A stretch of 64,000 nucleotides of DNA. Source: Takakia lepidozioides (Eukaryota > Plantae > Bryophyta). The DNA lies in the NCBI GenBank assembly GCA_030704615.1, contig CM060732.1:46128001-46192000 (forward strand), given 5' to 3'. The notes beneath the pieces are model-generated. The model saw only the letters and a program-made list of their open reading frames with translations, did no database searches and was not told the DNA's origin. Positions 49,670-62,401 of the stretch are shown here, piece after piece (the first letter of the stretch is position 1; each line of letters starts with the position of its first letter). The position numbers and the translations under genes were made by a program.

Positions 49670-50109
49670 ATGAGCTCACCCCATGGGGCCCATATGTGCA
49701 TTCAAGTCGCAATTATTAAAAAATGAGAAGCATACATATATATGGCTCCTTCACAAATTATATACCCTAGACAAAGATCTTTGTCCACCTCGCTTCCTAT
49801 GACAACCATTTCTTTCACTAAGGTTGTTGAACGATCTCCATCTGCAACTTCATTAGTGTGAAATTCTCTCCATTGAATTTTACCACACTCGCCATATCAT
49901 TGGCGTCCATCGTTCCTCAAGATAAAACTGATTCTCTCTAAACACAAAACTCTCCCTATCGCATGTGTGGGCCCATAACATGTTGATACACACTAATAAA
50001 TGAAGTAATGTTTTGTAACATTTGAATCACCTCTACAAGCATGCGACTGCCGCCATAAACAATGACATGCTCTAGAAAACTAAAGAGGCCAAATCAAGAA
50101 CAGAACGAG

Positions 50110-50560
50110 CACTAACTGGAAGTACTTGTTCAGTTCCTCGGGGCTTCCACTGCATCCCTTACTTAGATGATTTTCTCTTTATCTTCTAGTCAATTCCCAT
50201 TTTTTATTCTACTCGATATCATGTTTTTTTGGATCTCCAATTAGCTGATTTTTTAGATAAAGGCCAATTAAGATATTTTCACCAAACAACCTTTTTGGTT
50301 TTTATTCCAGACAATTCAGTCCCATTTGGTCGTTTTTCGATTACAAAAACTCATCGAGATAAATTAATCAATGTTATTGAAAAATGTCTTAAATTTTCTA
50401 AATGCACATCTAGACTTTTGGCTTCCATCCTAAGCATTCAATGGCGTTAGTTTTAGGACCCCTTTGTCGACTATTGACTTTTCACCTTCATAAAGTTTTG
50501 TTGGCCAGATCAGCTTGGAAGGGTTTCATTATTTTATCACAGTTGGCTCAGACGAAGCTA
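50110..50560 (+). pseudogene. DIRS-type retrotransposon RT C-terminal fragment
   Basis: YLDDFLF at 50160; RLLASIL..MALVLGPLCRLLTFHL..SAWKGFIILS is typical of DIRS pol. Confidence 0.7.
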
Positions 50561-52959
50561 ACTGAAGCAAAGAGGCGTGATAATGCACAAGATGAACGTT
50601 GCATGGTATTTGAAAAGGATGCAAGTTTGGCTATCAAGATAAGATTACGGATAGCACTAGAGACAACACATGTGCAATTGATCACTGATCTTGGAAGGGG
50701 ACCGGCGGTGGGCTCTCGTTGGAAAGATTTTATCAACACCATCACCCCAGCTGAGGTGGTCGGTCTTTTTGGGAAGGTTTCCAAGAGAATGCTCGACCTG
50801 ATGGCATCAGGCAAGAGAAAGCTGAATCAAGCTGCGTATGAGGCTTATCGACCTGATGTAGCATTGACAGTTACTAGTGCCCAAGAAAATAGTGAAACTT
50901 GAAGGAAAGAAATTTTCAAATATGCTTACAACAAAGATGCGAAAGAGATGGTGTTTGAAGCTCATTGAATGTTGCCATGGTACGAGGCCCCAGGCTGGCA
51001 TGCAGAGATAGCCATTTGAAAGACGGGTTGGGAAATCTTTTCGACGTCATAACAGGGAATGGCAGCAAGAAAAATCTCACGTGTTTCATTTGTTGGATCA
51101 GACTAGTAGATCATAGCTTAGATCCTTTCCGACGCTGGAGGATATGTAATTTTCTTTTTTGATTCGAACTTGTACTACTTGGTTCATGTTTCGAAAGATA
51201 GGCCTTCGGCAGACTGAGTCTGGATGTTGTATTCATATTTTGATTAAGGTGCATGAGTTCGTACTTTAACGATCTGCTTCTATCGGGCTCTTTCTATCAT
51301 TAGACCAGAAAAGTAATTGCGGATCTTTGCTGTTTTTTTACACTTGATTCATATCTGATGTTGCATTCTGCTCTTTATTCTGACTTGTGCTGATCCTCGG
51401 AATTAGTATGGTACTTTTTGTTTAGACTACATTGGAAAATATGCATATTTGTTGATAAATCCAAACATGCTTCATTGTACAGTTCTGAGTTCCAACTGAT
51501 TCGTGGAGAATCTGGGATTCTGATGTGAATTCACGGATGAAGCCTCATGTTGCTATTTTATCTGTTGAGAAGGATGCACAGGTTTTCAGCCATTAAACAT
51601 GAAGTTCTGTTTACTGCATGAGACGGAATGATGTCATTTTTATCTGTGACCACAAATAACAATTGGATAGATCTTGCTACTCTTTTCATTTCTTTTGTCG
51701 ATTCTCTTTCGTGTCTATACCTTTGCCGAATGCTACTGATATGATGCATGGTTTCACTTTCAATTGTGAATATGCGATATTTATGTCTTTCAGACATGTC
51801 CAAGTTTTCAGCTTTTTGACTTTTGGGGAAAGCCCAGTCGAAGCTATGCACACTGCTAAAAAGGGTGGACCTAGAATTACACGTCCGTAGAACAGCATTA
51901 CTTAATCCCATTCACTATATCTTAGTGCACCAAATGTACGAAGTTAGTTTTGTAAATTGAGGTGCAATCCTATGAACTATGAACTGAAACGGGTGTTTTT
52001 TTTTTTTTTTTCTTGTGCACATGGCTTTCGTGTATCCTGCGTAGACTCCCGGTGGCGGTTTTGGATGTTTAGGTTCCGGATGTTATTATTCAGGCGAGGC
52101 CGAGGAGGTCGTCGAGGATGTCGCAGACGTTGATCCTGACTCATACATTACCCGTGGGGAGGTCGATCGGCTTGTACGAAGTTTCACGTCCAGGCAGGAG
52201 GAGAACCAAAAGAAGATAGAGGCTCTCGAGATTCAACTCCGAGTAGATGAAAACAAGTTCGATGCGCTCACGGTTCAAGTTACTGAAGATATTTCCGCTT
52301 TTGCTGTCCCCTACATCAATGTTCTCGCAGGTGTGCTTCTTGCTTTCTTAACTCATCACTGGGGTTTCGATTTTAGGATTTTTCTTAGGGTTTATCCATG
52401 ATTACGGTTTTTCTTATATTTCGTTAGGAACGTGAGTGCAGATGATAACGTGAGTGTGTTGGTTGAGTTGTTTTATGTGGAATTGTCGGTTAAGTATTTT
52501 GACAACCAGGTGGCAGGAAGTACGACACTATGGTATGGCCATAGCCGAAAGCCTGAACATATGCCTCGTCCTCCTTCAAAAGGATTGAGTCCGTTACAAA
52601 AATACACACTAAAATGAAAGAATGATTCGAGCCATATGAGGATGTGAAGGAACCACTTTATTTACTCGTGTTTGGGCACAAATTACGTGTGAGGATGAGA
52701 GTTGAAGAAGGGAACAACTGAGTACAACCAACATGCCCAAACTCCGTGTACACACCGAAGATCATGCAGCCCAAAGATTTTTCTGCAGCTACAGCTTATT
52801 TTGGATTGAAACGATACCTTCTCTGATCCAATAATCTGTAGGACAATCTTATAGTCATTGTTCTAGGGATCACATCATTGTATGCACGTGTAAGGATTTC
52901 ATATCCGTTAATGAATTGTTTCACTTGTTGCTATCAAGTCCTATTGCAGTGGTCTCCAA

Positions 52960-53615
52960 CGCTATGGGATGGAGGTGGAAACAATAATAGTTTGTATGGC
53001 TCAAGTCATGCGTAAAAGCATCTGGATTTATGTCACTGCCTTTAACCCAATGGCAAGAAGTGAAATTAGGAAGCTGAACATTTAAGGGGTTGACAAATCT
53101 ATCTACGTGATGGGGACCCCATCTAGATTCGATCAAAGCACACTTTCGGAAGAGAGTGATCAAAGTCTTTATTTTTGAAAGGTAATCAGCCCATTTATTT
53201 TCAGATCTAAGAATCCATTGGGGTTCTAGCCTAATAGAGCGTTGGAAACAAGAAAGAAACATGTTAAAAATATAAATTATACAAATGTAAATGGTGAGAA
53301 CCTCCCGAGAAGTACTGTCAAAAGCATTTAATGAGTCTTCCTTAGCAACTACAGTAGATTGTGAACGGATGTGACCTAAGCATATAAAAAGGAGCAAAGT
53401 GCAAATAATTTTCGCCGAGTGGATGAGGTTGAAGCATGATTTAGTTCAAAACTAAAAGACCAAGGAAATGAAGTGGTTTAGAAAATAAGTAGGTTTTGAA
53501 ACCAACCCCCCCCCCCCCCCCCACCGGTGACGTTTGCATCATAGAATAATATTATTTTGTGCACACTAAAATGCCAAATTGTAATTGAGTTTAATTTGTC
53601 AAAGAGATAAACCCA
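52960..53615 (-). pseudogene. DIRS-type RNase H + methyltransferase-like domain fragment
   Basis: FYDANVTG; EPQWILRSENKWADYLSK; WGPHHVDRF..NVQLPNFTS.HW..DAF. Confidence 0.78.
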
Positions 53616-56075
53616 ATTCTTTAACTCTTAGACACACTTCCCACTTTCTTTATCTTGCTAAAATAATAAAATCTTCGAATACACCTGCTCCAATACTCCT
53701 TGCTTCTTCTTTATTTTTTCATTTAGGATAATATCACTGGTTTATCTTCTCCTATAAACCACCCGTTGGTTAATATTGCAAAGAAAGTGGCAATAATAAA
53801 AACAAACCCACCATGCCCTCAATGATGCATTCCATCATTCAAAAGCTGACCCCATCCAATTGTATTCGCTTAAATCTTATGAAAGTGGTATCTATAACCC
53901 TATGTTTTACTAGTTTTTTTAGTGGAAGTGAAGTCTGTCATCTTATGTGGCATGAAATATTACTTTTTCTTTCACATATATAGTTTTTTTATTCAAAAGT
54001 CCAAGACTCATCAATATCTAGAGCAGGTACTTCGGTAGATGATGCGTGTACTTCCATAGCCTTAGATATCCCAAAAAAGTGGCAGCAATTTAGAAAATCA
54101 AATACCTCCACACTAGTGTCTACAAAAAAAATCATTTTGAATGTCTCGTGATTCAAGCCGTCCAGTATCTTTGATGCTATTTTGATGATAATTGGCTCAA
54201 TGTGCTCTGCATACTTCAGACTTTCAATGCTGAAACGAAATCATGAGCGTAGTGCATCGCCAAAGAATCTACACTTTTCAAATAACACTTAGTATATGGA
54301 GCTGTTAGTGGCATATTCTATAAACATACAGTATGTGCATCTAATGTACGAGTAACTAGGAAAACAAACGTTGCTCTTTTACCTGTCAAAGCGTTTGCAT
54401 CTTCCACAAATATATGACCAGGTATCATCCGAGAAACTGCATAGGACATGTGCCTCATTCCAAATTCATCCAAGTATTGCTTTCTGTGCCTCTTTTTTAT
54501 TGAGTCTCATCTGACACTCGCAACACATTTAACATGCTCCAATGTATTGTATGATGCATAACCACTACCCCCCCCCCCCCCCAATGTTTGATCAAATTCA
54601 TTGGCTGGAGTTTTACCACATACATGGGCCACAACTGCCTGTATAGCTAGCATCGACACTCGGACGCCATAAATAGCTAACAAAAACATCAAATGCCCGA
54701 AAAAATTTGCTTACAATATAGTCAAACATAGTGGACATATGAGCTAAATGTGTGACATTCAATGTTAGAATTACATTCACAAAGACAGGGTAAAACAATT
54801 AGTATACATATTATAAAATTGTTAATCACCTGAAACGATCTTCTGTGCTCCAACACTCGACATGTTGTGGGTTTGAGGTCAATGATAGTGGCGTCTGCTC
54901 CCATTTGAAATATACCCCATACATCTGCACAACTTAGTTATTAGTTTAGACTTCAAGAGACACTTCCTAATAGTAGTTATATCCTCATGGCTAATTAAGT
55001 ACAAATTAGTGATGTCGACAAGGAAAACATTTTTAGGGTCAAAATGATCTACCCCCATGTCATTGAAGAATTGTCTCCAAGCTGAACTCAATGCAGATAT
55101 TGTTGGATCACCTTGGTCTACATGACAGAATCCACCATCTCATGCCCACCTACAAGATTATACTTTGGGATAATTTGCAAAGGCAGATATACAAAATTGT
55201 CCGTTTTGCCCCACATGAAGTGGTTGCGAAAGTCTTTTATTTCATCCCCTTGTTCCCCCTCAACCATTTGACATAAGATATAACTCAGTCACAAAGAGAG
55301 AGACGTTCAGAAAGAAAAAACATTTAAGGATTGCAAGTGACATCATCTCTATGAGCTTTTGCCCTTGGGAATGAATGACTTTTTGGACACTTGCAAATAT
55401 GGCCACAAGGCTACGACAAACAAAGTCTTATGAATACATATTTTCTCCCTCTTTTCCCAACTTGCAAACACATCCAATTCTGTGATTACTTCGTTCCAAT
55501 AGAATGCTATAATAACAATCATGATATCTAACAACATGACAATGCCCTCTTAGTCAAGATGTAATTCATTGAACCTTTAATTATAGTAAGAAGTTATAAA
55601 ACCATGGATGGTTCTCAAGATGGCTTCTTGCTACGAAGAATCACTGTTAATAATCGCAGGGTATATGCGCATACGATGGGGTGACATTTCTTATTCAATT
55701 GTTCGGAACTGATTCAAGTTTTGCTTTGTTATCACAGGCAAAGAACCACGAATGCACTCATCCCAGGCGTGTTGGTGGTACTTACCGAGTTGCAAATTCT
55801 GAAGTCCCTAACATACTTTTCAAAAGTCAAGGGAAATTATAACTAACAAAAGATTCATGCGTCACTACTGATTTGGATCACAAATTATCTGACACTTAAA
55901 AACTGGGTCTAGGGCCAAATGACGACATTGATGAGCTTCAACGGTAGGAAGTGCAAAGTGGGTTGCGCTAATTGCAACGGAAGATGAAAAGTTCAAAAAC
56001 ATGAAATTTTTTCTTACTAAAAAGAACTGTTAATATTTGTGAACGATCTGCCTTTTCTATCAATCAAGTTGTATG

Positions 56076-57081
56076 TAGGGTAGCTAGGTCATGAGCCCAG
56101 TCTCATGAGCTTGGGAGCTGGGCTCACATTATGTCCACTAAGCGTAAGTCTATGCTAATGTTTGCTAAGTGTGTGCGCATGGCTTAAAGGAGGGAGAAGC
56201 AGGCCTTATAGCCGAGGACATGACGAGGAGGGTCTATTACCGTGGAAGTAGTTACACATGGGCAAGAAGAAAGTGACAGGGTTTACCGACCAACTGTATG
56301 AGGTTTGGCTGCACAACACAACATGATGGAGTCGGGTATTTGGGTACATGTCGTGATGAACGTCGACGATCATCACTTTTGCTTTGATTTCTGAATGTTT
56401 ATTTATTTATTTATTATTTATTTGCATTTGGTCTAGGGGTAGATATGACGATCATCAACGATGGAGTTAGATATTTGGGTTCTGCGCTGATCTCTGAGGG
56501 TTTGTTTGTTTGTTTGTTTGTTTTTTTTTGTTTTTTTTTTCGTGCATTCGGTATATAGGTAGATGTGATTTGTGAGGGGTTTTTTTATTAATATTATTTT
56601 GCATTTGGCATTTGGGTTTATGTGATGACGATCATCAATTCTGCTCTGATTTCTGAGGGGTTTTTTTATTTTTATTTTTTCGCATTTGGCATTTGGGTAG
56701 ATGTGATGATCATTGACGATCAACACTTCTACTTTGATTTTTGAAGGGTTTTTTTTTTTGGCATTTGACATCTGGGTAGATGTGATCGTCGTCGACGATC
56801 ATCATTTCTACTCTGATTTCTGAGTTTTTTTTTTTTTTTTTTTTTCCGCATTTGATATTTGGGTAGATGTCGTGATTATCGTTGACGATCATCACTTCTG
56901 CTTGGATTTCTGAGTGAAATGATTGAAAAGGTAAATTCATTCCGTGAAAATAGGCGCTTCCCGCGAAAATACATCATGTATGTTCAAAATTTACACATGA
57001 CGTGGTGTGAGCCTTGCTGGGCTCATAGTCTCGGCAGGGTCACAGGCTCACGTCTCCAGGCTCGTAATGTAGCATTCCCTA
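56076..57081. mobile_element. MITE (1006 bp) with TAGGG..CCCTA ends and an 8-bp TSD
   Basis: TSD GTTGTATG at 56068-56075 and 57082-57089; TGAGCC/GGCTCA subterminal motifs; internal ~80-90-bp array at 56345-56915. Confidence 0.88.
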
Positions 57082-57699
57082 GTTGTATGAATGTTTTATA
57101 TTTACATAAGTCAAATTATCTACTACGAAATGAAAATTGTAACGATATTAATAATTAATCATCTAAATTTGTAGTAAATAATGAATGATCACTTGCAAAA
57201 TTTCTAGTCAATAGTCAATGCCAATTATCATCGACCATGTAGTGGGAAAATGTGAAGGTGGGAAAGTGGGATATAATTACATGGATATGATTATAAAGCT
57301 TAATTGGAGTTAGATCAACACTTAGAAATAGAGAGGTGGAATCCGACGATTCTCCTCCCCCTACATCTAGTCACTTCCAGAAAGAAGCAGAGACCATCGC
57401 TGCGTGGGCCAAAGTTTTTCGGTGCCTTTAGCGATAAGATTGTCAAGTTGTAGGATTGTTTGAATAAGGATTATTTGTTGGAGTTGAAGCATTATGCTCG
57501 GGTGACATGGCTGTCATTGCATGTGCCTTCTTATTTCCGCTACCTTTGGTGTCGCCAAACAGCCGAGATTCTTGGTTGGGTTCAAAGGAAAGATGAAAGA
57601 GATCATATAGGGTTTTCTACCATCTCCTTTGCTTATCTGTGTGGCTTGGCTTTCAACCTAGCTCTTCTAGGCACAATGAGGTTGAATAGCCTTGCAAGG

Positions 57700-58500
57700 T
57701 TGCGACCTCACTCATGGCTCTGGATACTCTATGGTATCTAAGTTGTTGCATGGATTAGTAGGTAAGGGTCATATTGTCACTATGGACAACTTCATTTCCA
57801 GTCATATTAATTTGCTTTATGATTTGGCAACCAAATGGGATTTACGCCACTAACACTGTGAAAACATTGCACATAGGGTTCCTTCAGCCTTGGATTTGGG
57901 GAAGAAATGGGAGAGATGCCGAATGGAATACCGGATAATGTACATTAGCATTAATAAAATGTGTGCAGTGTCTTGGTTTGATGCTAAGTGTGTGAATTTG
58001 CTAAGTAATGTTATTCCCCTATGACATCCAACTGTCTCATAGAGAGATGTCATAGATGAGTTCGTCGTCATATGCCTACCTCCAGCCCTTGTTGTGAAAC
58101 ATTACCAATAAATGATGAGAGGGATGGACGTGCAACATCAGTTGAGGGATTATTATTCGCTTCAGACCTATGACCTTAAATGGTGGCATAGTCTTTATTT
58201 CATAGTGTGGATACATCATTGATGAATTCACATCTATTATACGTCGTCTTCATGATTTTCGGTCTCATATGCTATTCAACAGTGAGGTTGCCAAATGTCT
58301 AATGGAAAGGTGGACTGGTCGTAGGAGAACATTGATGTCCGAGGCGGATGTACCAAACTCGGGAGCTCTTCATTACTCCATGAAGGGCTCGCAAAGAAAG
58401 AAATGTGTTGAGTATGGGTAGAGACAAAGATACTATTGTGGTGTAAAAAATCAAACTAACCTAAAATATCAAACTAATCCATTGGGCGTTTAGGGATTAA
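57700..58500 (+). mobile_element. piggyBac transposase remnant with probable right end
   Basis: GHIVTMDNF, VSWFDAKCVNLLS, MRGMDVQHQLRDYYS..KWWH, C-terminal Cys remnant; ..TAGGGA then TTAA at 58497-58500. Confidence 0.8.
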
Positions 58501-59769
58501 GTTTTTTTTTTTTTTTTTTTTTTTCCCTGTGTCTTTTAAGTTTCTCCTTTGTGGTATTCATGCCTAGTCATCTATGTTATTTAAATATGTTGAAGTAAAA
58601 ATTGGAATTCAATTTAACTCAATCAAGTTGTATGATTTTTATTTTATTTTTTGCTTCTAAAAAAAAAATCTATCCTTCTACAACAAGCTCCCCTCTACTT
58701 CATGCACCTTCTCGAGCTCTCCAGACGATTCTCCCTAGTTAATCAGTAGGCTAGCAATCACACTTCCTTGTCATTCGTTATTCATATAGAACGTATGGTT
58801 TTTAATTTTATTGCACAGCGCAATCATTGCAGGGATTGGAGGTCTGGCCGTCTATGAACGCCCACCTGACCCCTTAGGCCCTTACTTAGGCCTTGTCATT
58901 GCCGGCAATCTCTATTCTGATGATCTCGGGCCGTCCCGCATCCCATGGATGTGTATCATGCCTTATGGCATCATTGGGGTTATTTTTTCCCCTCAACAAA
59001 ATTTTAAACGGCCTATGCCTTTTCATTTTTAAAAAAAAAATGACGGAGGCCCTTAATATTTTATTAAGCAAGAAAAAGTAACCTTATGAAGGCCATGAAG
59101 GCTGATAAGGGGGACATTGCTCCATGACCAAGTTCAGAAAAAAGAATGGAGATAGTAGAAGACAGAAGCTGCCACTTTTGCACTTAGGAGGTTGGGTAGC
59201 ATGTGAGCATGCTCACACAAGCAAACTAGAATATTCTATAGATTCTAAAAATTTCCCATGAATAAGCTACAGTGAAAGGAAAATACGCTCCCGCTACTCA
59301 AATGCGAAACTACTGAAATTTTTGTGCTCATGTGAAACTATTTTTTAGTTTTTATTTTATTTATTAATAGCCTCTTTTGAAACTATTTCGCAAACAAAAC
59401 TGCTTGCTTGAGCACAGTCGTTTCGCTGGCGAAATATTCCTGTTTATAATTTTATAATATTAAATTCAGTGTTTCGCTATTAAAGATTATGTTTTACATA
59501 GGGTTCTAGTCTAAATATACTAATAGACCATGTAACTGACCCTATTGATGTAGCAATATTCTATGTCCGCGTATGACTTCTACCGTACTCGGCAAGCTGA
59601 TCCGGCAGTGAAGTGCCCAATATTTATTTTCTTTACAACAAAACACTCTGACACAACTTAAGGAAATTTCTAGATTTTACGGCAATGCCATGAGGAGATT
59701 TTAAGTAATTCGGCGGTGACATAGTGTCACGTCATCGTCATCGTCAATTTCTTTGGAATCTGCCCGGAC

Positions 59770-59812
59770 GGCCCGCGCGAAATAGGCCAATAGAAATCGC
59801 CGCGCCAACGTT
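59770..59812. promoter_or_regulatory. Putative E2F-type promoter element cluster
   Basis: GCGCGAAA at 59775-59782, CCAAT at 59787 and GCGCCAA at 59802, in a short CpG-rich patch. Confidence 0.45.
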
Positions 59813-60784
59813 TTTGGAACTGCCCGCAATGCCCGGATCTTGATCTTCTTGAACTGCAGGAGCTCTGCGTTTTCCGCCATCGTTCACCTTGCAAGCACAT
59901 GCATGGATAGCTGAAGGAGCAGGATCAAGTGTGGGTCCAGAATCATCCAAAAGGGCCGGATTTCAAGCTCTAGATAACCTATGATTCAAAAGGACAACAA
60001 ATGGGGAGGAGTTTCTTGCAGACGGAATCGGAAGCTTTCACTCGTGATTGGGTGTGAAAGAAGAAAAGTGCAGCTTAGATTACACATTACTTCCTTGTTT
60101 CAGACCCGCACAGTGAGTCTCCATGATTGATTTTCCATGAGCACGAAGGGTATGTCAGGTTGTGTTTGGTTGCAAAAGTCCCACATCTGCTTGAAGCTAA
60201 ACCCAAGTTTCAAACCTAATCTTACATTGACTAGATTGTAATTGCTGTCTGTCTGCCATAACCTCCCTATAACCAGTGTTCACTGGAAACAATAAATGCA
60301 AACTGTGAGACTGACATTCAAAGCTGAAGGTTGCTCTTTTTCCATGTTTCAGCCTTCTTGGCCATTATTTTTGTGACCATTGTTTTATCAAACGTAGTGA
60401 TAATGATGCAATTTGGATATAACCATATGTGTTATAGGAATCCATCTGTGTTAGTGTCCCTGAGATTTACTAGTTGATCGGGATCTGAAGGACCCTTTAA
60501 TCCATCATTCTGTAGTGAGGGAAGTGGTTAAAGTGAAGGGCCTTTATTCAGTAAAAAAACCGTTTAGACAGGTTGTCTAATTTACCTTGTCATGTTCTGA
60601 AGCTTGCATGGTTTGATTCCAGAACCATTCCTCCAAGAAGAAAAGATGACCTTTTGGTATACATCTGTGAACAGATTTGATTCCAGAGACAAAGGGTTAC
60701 AGGGGTTGGACTTTGTCTCAGATGTGAAAATTGCAGTCATTTGTAGCAATTTTGGATGCTGCTTGAATGCTAGTTATGGGACTG

Positions 60785-60877
60785 AAGCGCAAATTGTCGG
60801 ACATGCTTGGACCTCCCTGGAGCAAAGAGGACCTGGAGCTCATCTATCAAGCATTTCGGAAATATGGCAAAGACTGG
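60785..60877 (+). pseudogene. ALY: Isolated ALWAYS EARLY (LIN9-like) SANT/Myb exon fragment
   Basis: [31 protein letters not shown] closely matches plant ALY N-termini; no further ALY exons seen. Confidence 0.75.
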
Positions 60878-61216
60878 ACGCCCTCAAAGGTGTCGGGTTC
60901 CTTAGGCTTCACCTTTGCCTTAGTGGAAGTGGCATTAGCCGCCTTCAAAAATGTATCTTATGACTACAATTGACTTGTTGAGATTGTTTTCTGGTTGTAC
61001 CAAAATCTCTTGTCATCTTGACTGCTTTTTGCAGCAACAAATGAAGCGAGCAGCAAATTGTTTCTGTAGGTCCATCTATATCAGGTTGACACTGGAATTT
61101 CAATGCATGTTGTTTGTGAGGCACAAACAATTGTCCTATTTGTTGATCCATCCCGCTGTGTGATTTCACGCTGCAGAGAATGTCTCTCAGAACAGGGGGC
61201 TGCAGTAGACACTCTA

Positions 61217-62213
61217 CGAGATTTGGTGTCGTGGAGAGAGATGATTGTAGGGTATGCACATCAAGGGCGCGGGATGGAGGCTTTGGAGACCTATGAGCAA
61301 ATGATGGGGGAAGGGGTGAAGCCCGACCACATCACGTTTGTTTCCGTTTGCAAAGCCTGTGCAAGCCTGGCAGTCCTAGAAAAGGGAAAAGAGGTCCATG
61401 GTGACATTGTCAAAGCTGGAATTGTACATTGCCCTAGTGGACATGTATGCCAAATGTGGGTGCATTGAGGATGCGAAGGGAGTGTTCGACAATATGGCTG
61501 AACGAAATGTGGTGTCGTGGAACGCGATGTTCGCAGGATATGCCCAACATGGTGTCATAGGGAGGTCCTGCAACTATTTGAGGGAATGTAAAAGAATGGT
61601 TTGAAGCCGGACAGTATCACCTTTATATGTGATCGCTCTGCATGCAGCCACTCTGGCCTACTGAATGAAGGAAATCAAGATCATGGTGTCACTCCGACAG
61701 TAAAGCACTTTGGCTGTATGGTGGACCTTCTTGGATGTGCGGGACAACTGGATGAGGTAGTGGATCTGATTAATAAGATGCCAATCAATCCAGACGTTGT
61801 GGTGTGGAAGGCCTTGCTTCATGCCTGCAGAATTCATGGCAATGTGGAGATGGCTGAACGTGCGGCAACATCTATCCTCAAATGGGATGAACGCTAGGAT
61901 GTTGCGACTTATGTCTTGCTATCAAACATCTATGCTGCAGCTGGTAGGTGGGATAATACTGCAAAGGTGAGAAGAATGATGAAGGTTAAAGGGGTTAGAA
62001 AGGAGCCAGGTCGCTGCTGCATTGAGGTTGGCAACAGGGTGCACACCTTCGCTGTAGATGACATCCCAGAATTAAGGAAATCGATGCTGAGCTGAGTCTG
62101 GGCAGATGAAAGGAGGTGGGGTATGTGCCTGACACGCGCTTTGTATTGCATGATGTGGGGGAGGAGGAAAAGGAATTTTCTGTTTGCCACCACAGTGAGA
62201 AGCTGGCCATTGA
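61217..62213 (+). pseudogene. PLS-class PPR pseudogene with E/E+ and truncated DYW domain
   Basis: [62 protein letters not shown]; stops and frameshifts. Confidence 0.88.
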
Positions 62214-62334
62214 TTTTGTGTCTGGAGACGAAGGTAGTGGATCTGCCAACATCCAGTCCAACAGGTGAAGACCTGGCAGAACGGGAGATTTCAAGTACCT
62301 GAATATTAGGCAAGAGGAACTGACCCTGCTAAGA

Positions 62335-62382
62335 TGAAGTTGACTTGGAAGTTGACTTGGAAGTTGACTTGGAAGCTGACGT
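62335..62382. repeat. 12-bp tandem repeat GAAGTTGACTTG x~4
   Basis: Directly visible in the spacer between the two PPR blocks. Confidence 0.85.
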
Positions 62383-62401
62383 GTCCAAGGCCATATTGGA
62401 A

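Noticed and set aside
51380-51900. Possible DNA amino-methyltransferase remnant (CADPRN*YG)
   Set aside because: No intact DPPY or SAM-binding motif; too degenerate to support.
59265-59480. Possible Tc1/mariner MITE (TA-CAGT start, GCGAAAC motifs)
   Set aside because: No matching right TIR or TSD found.
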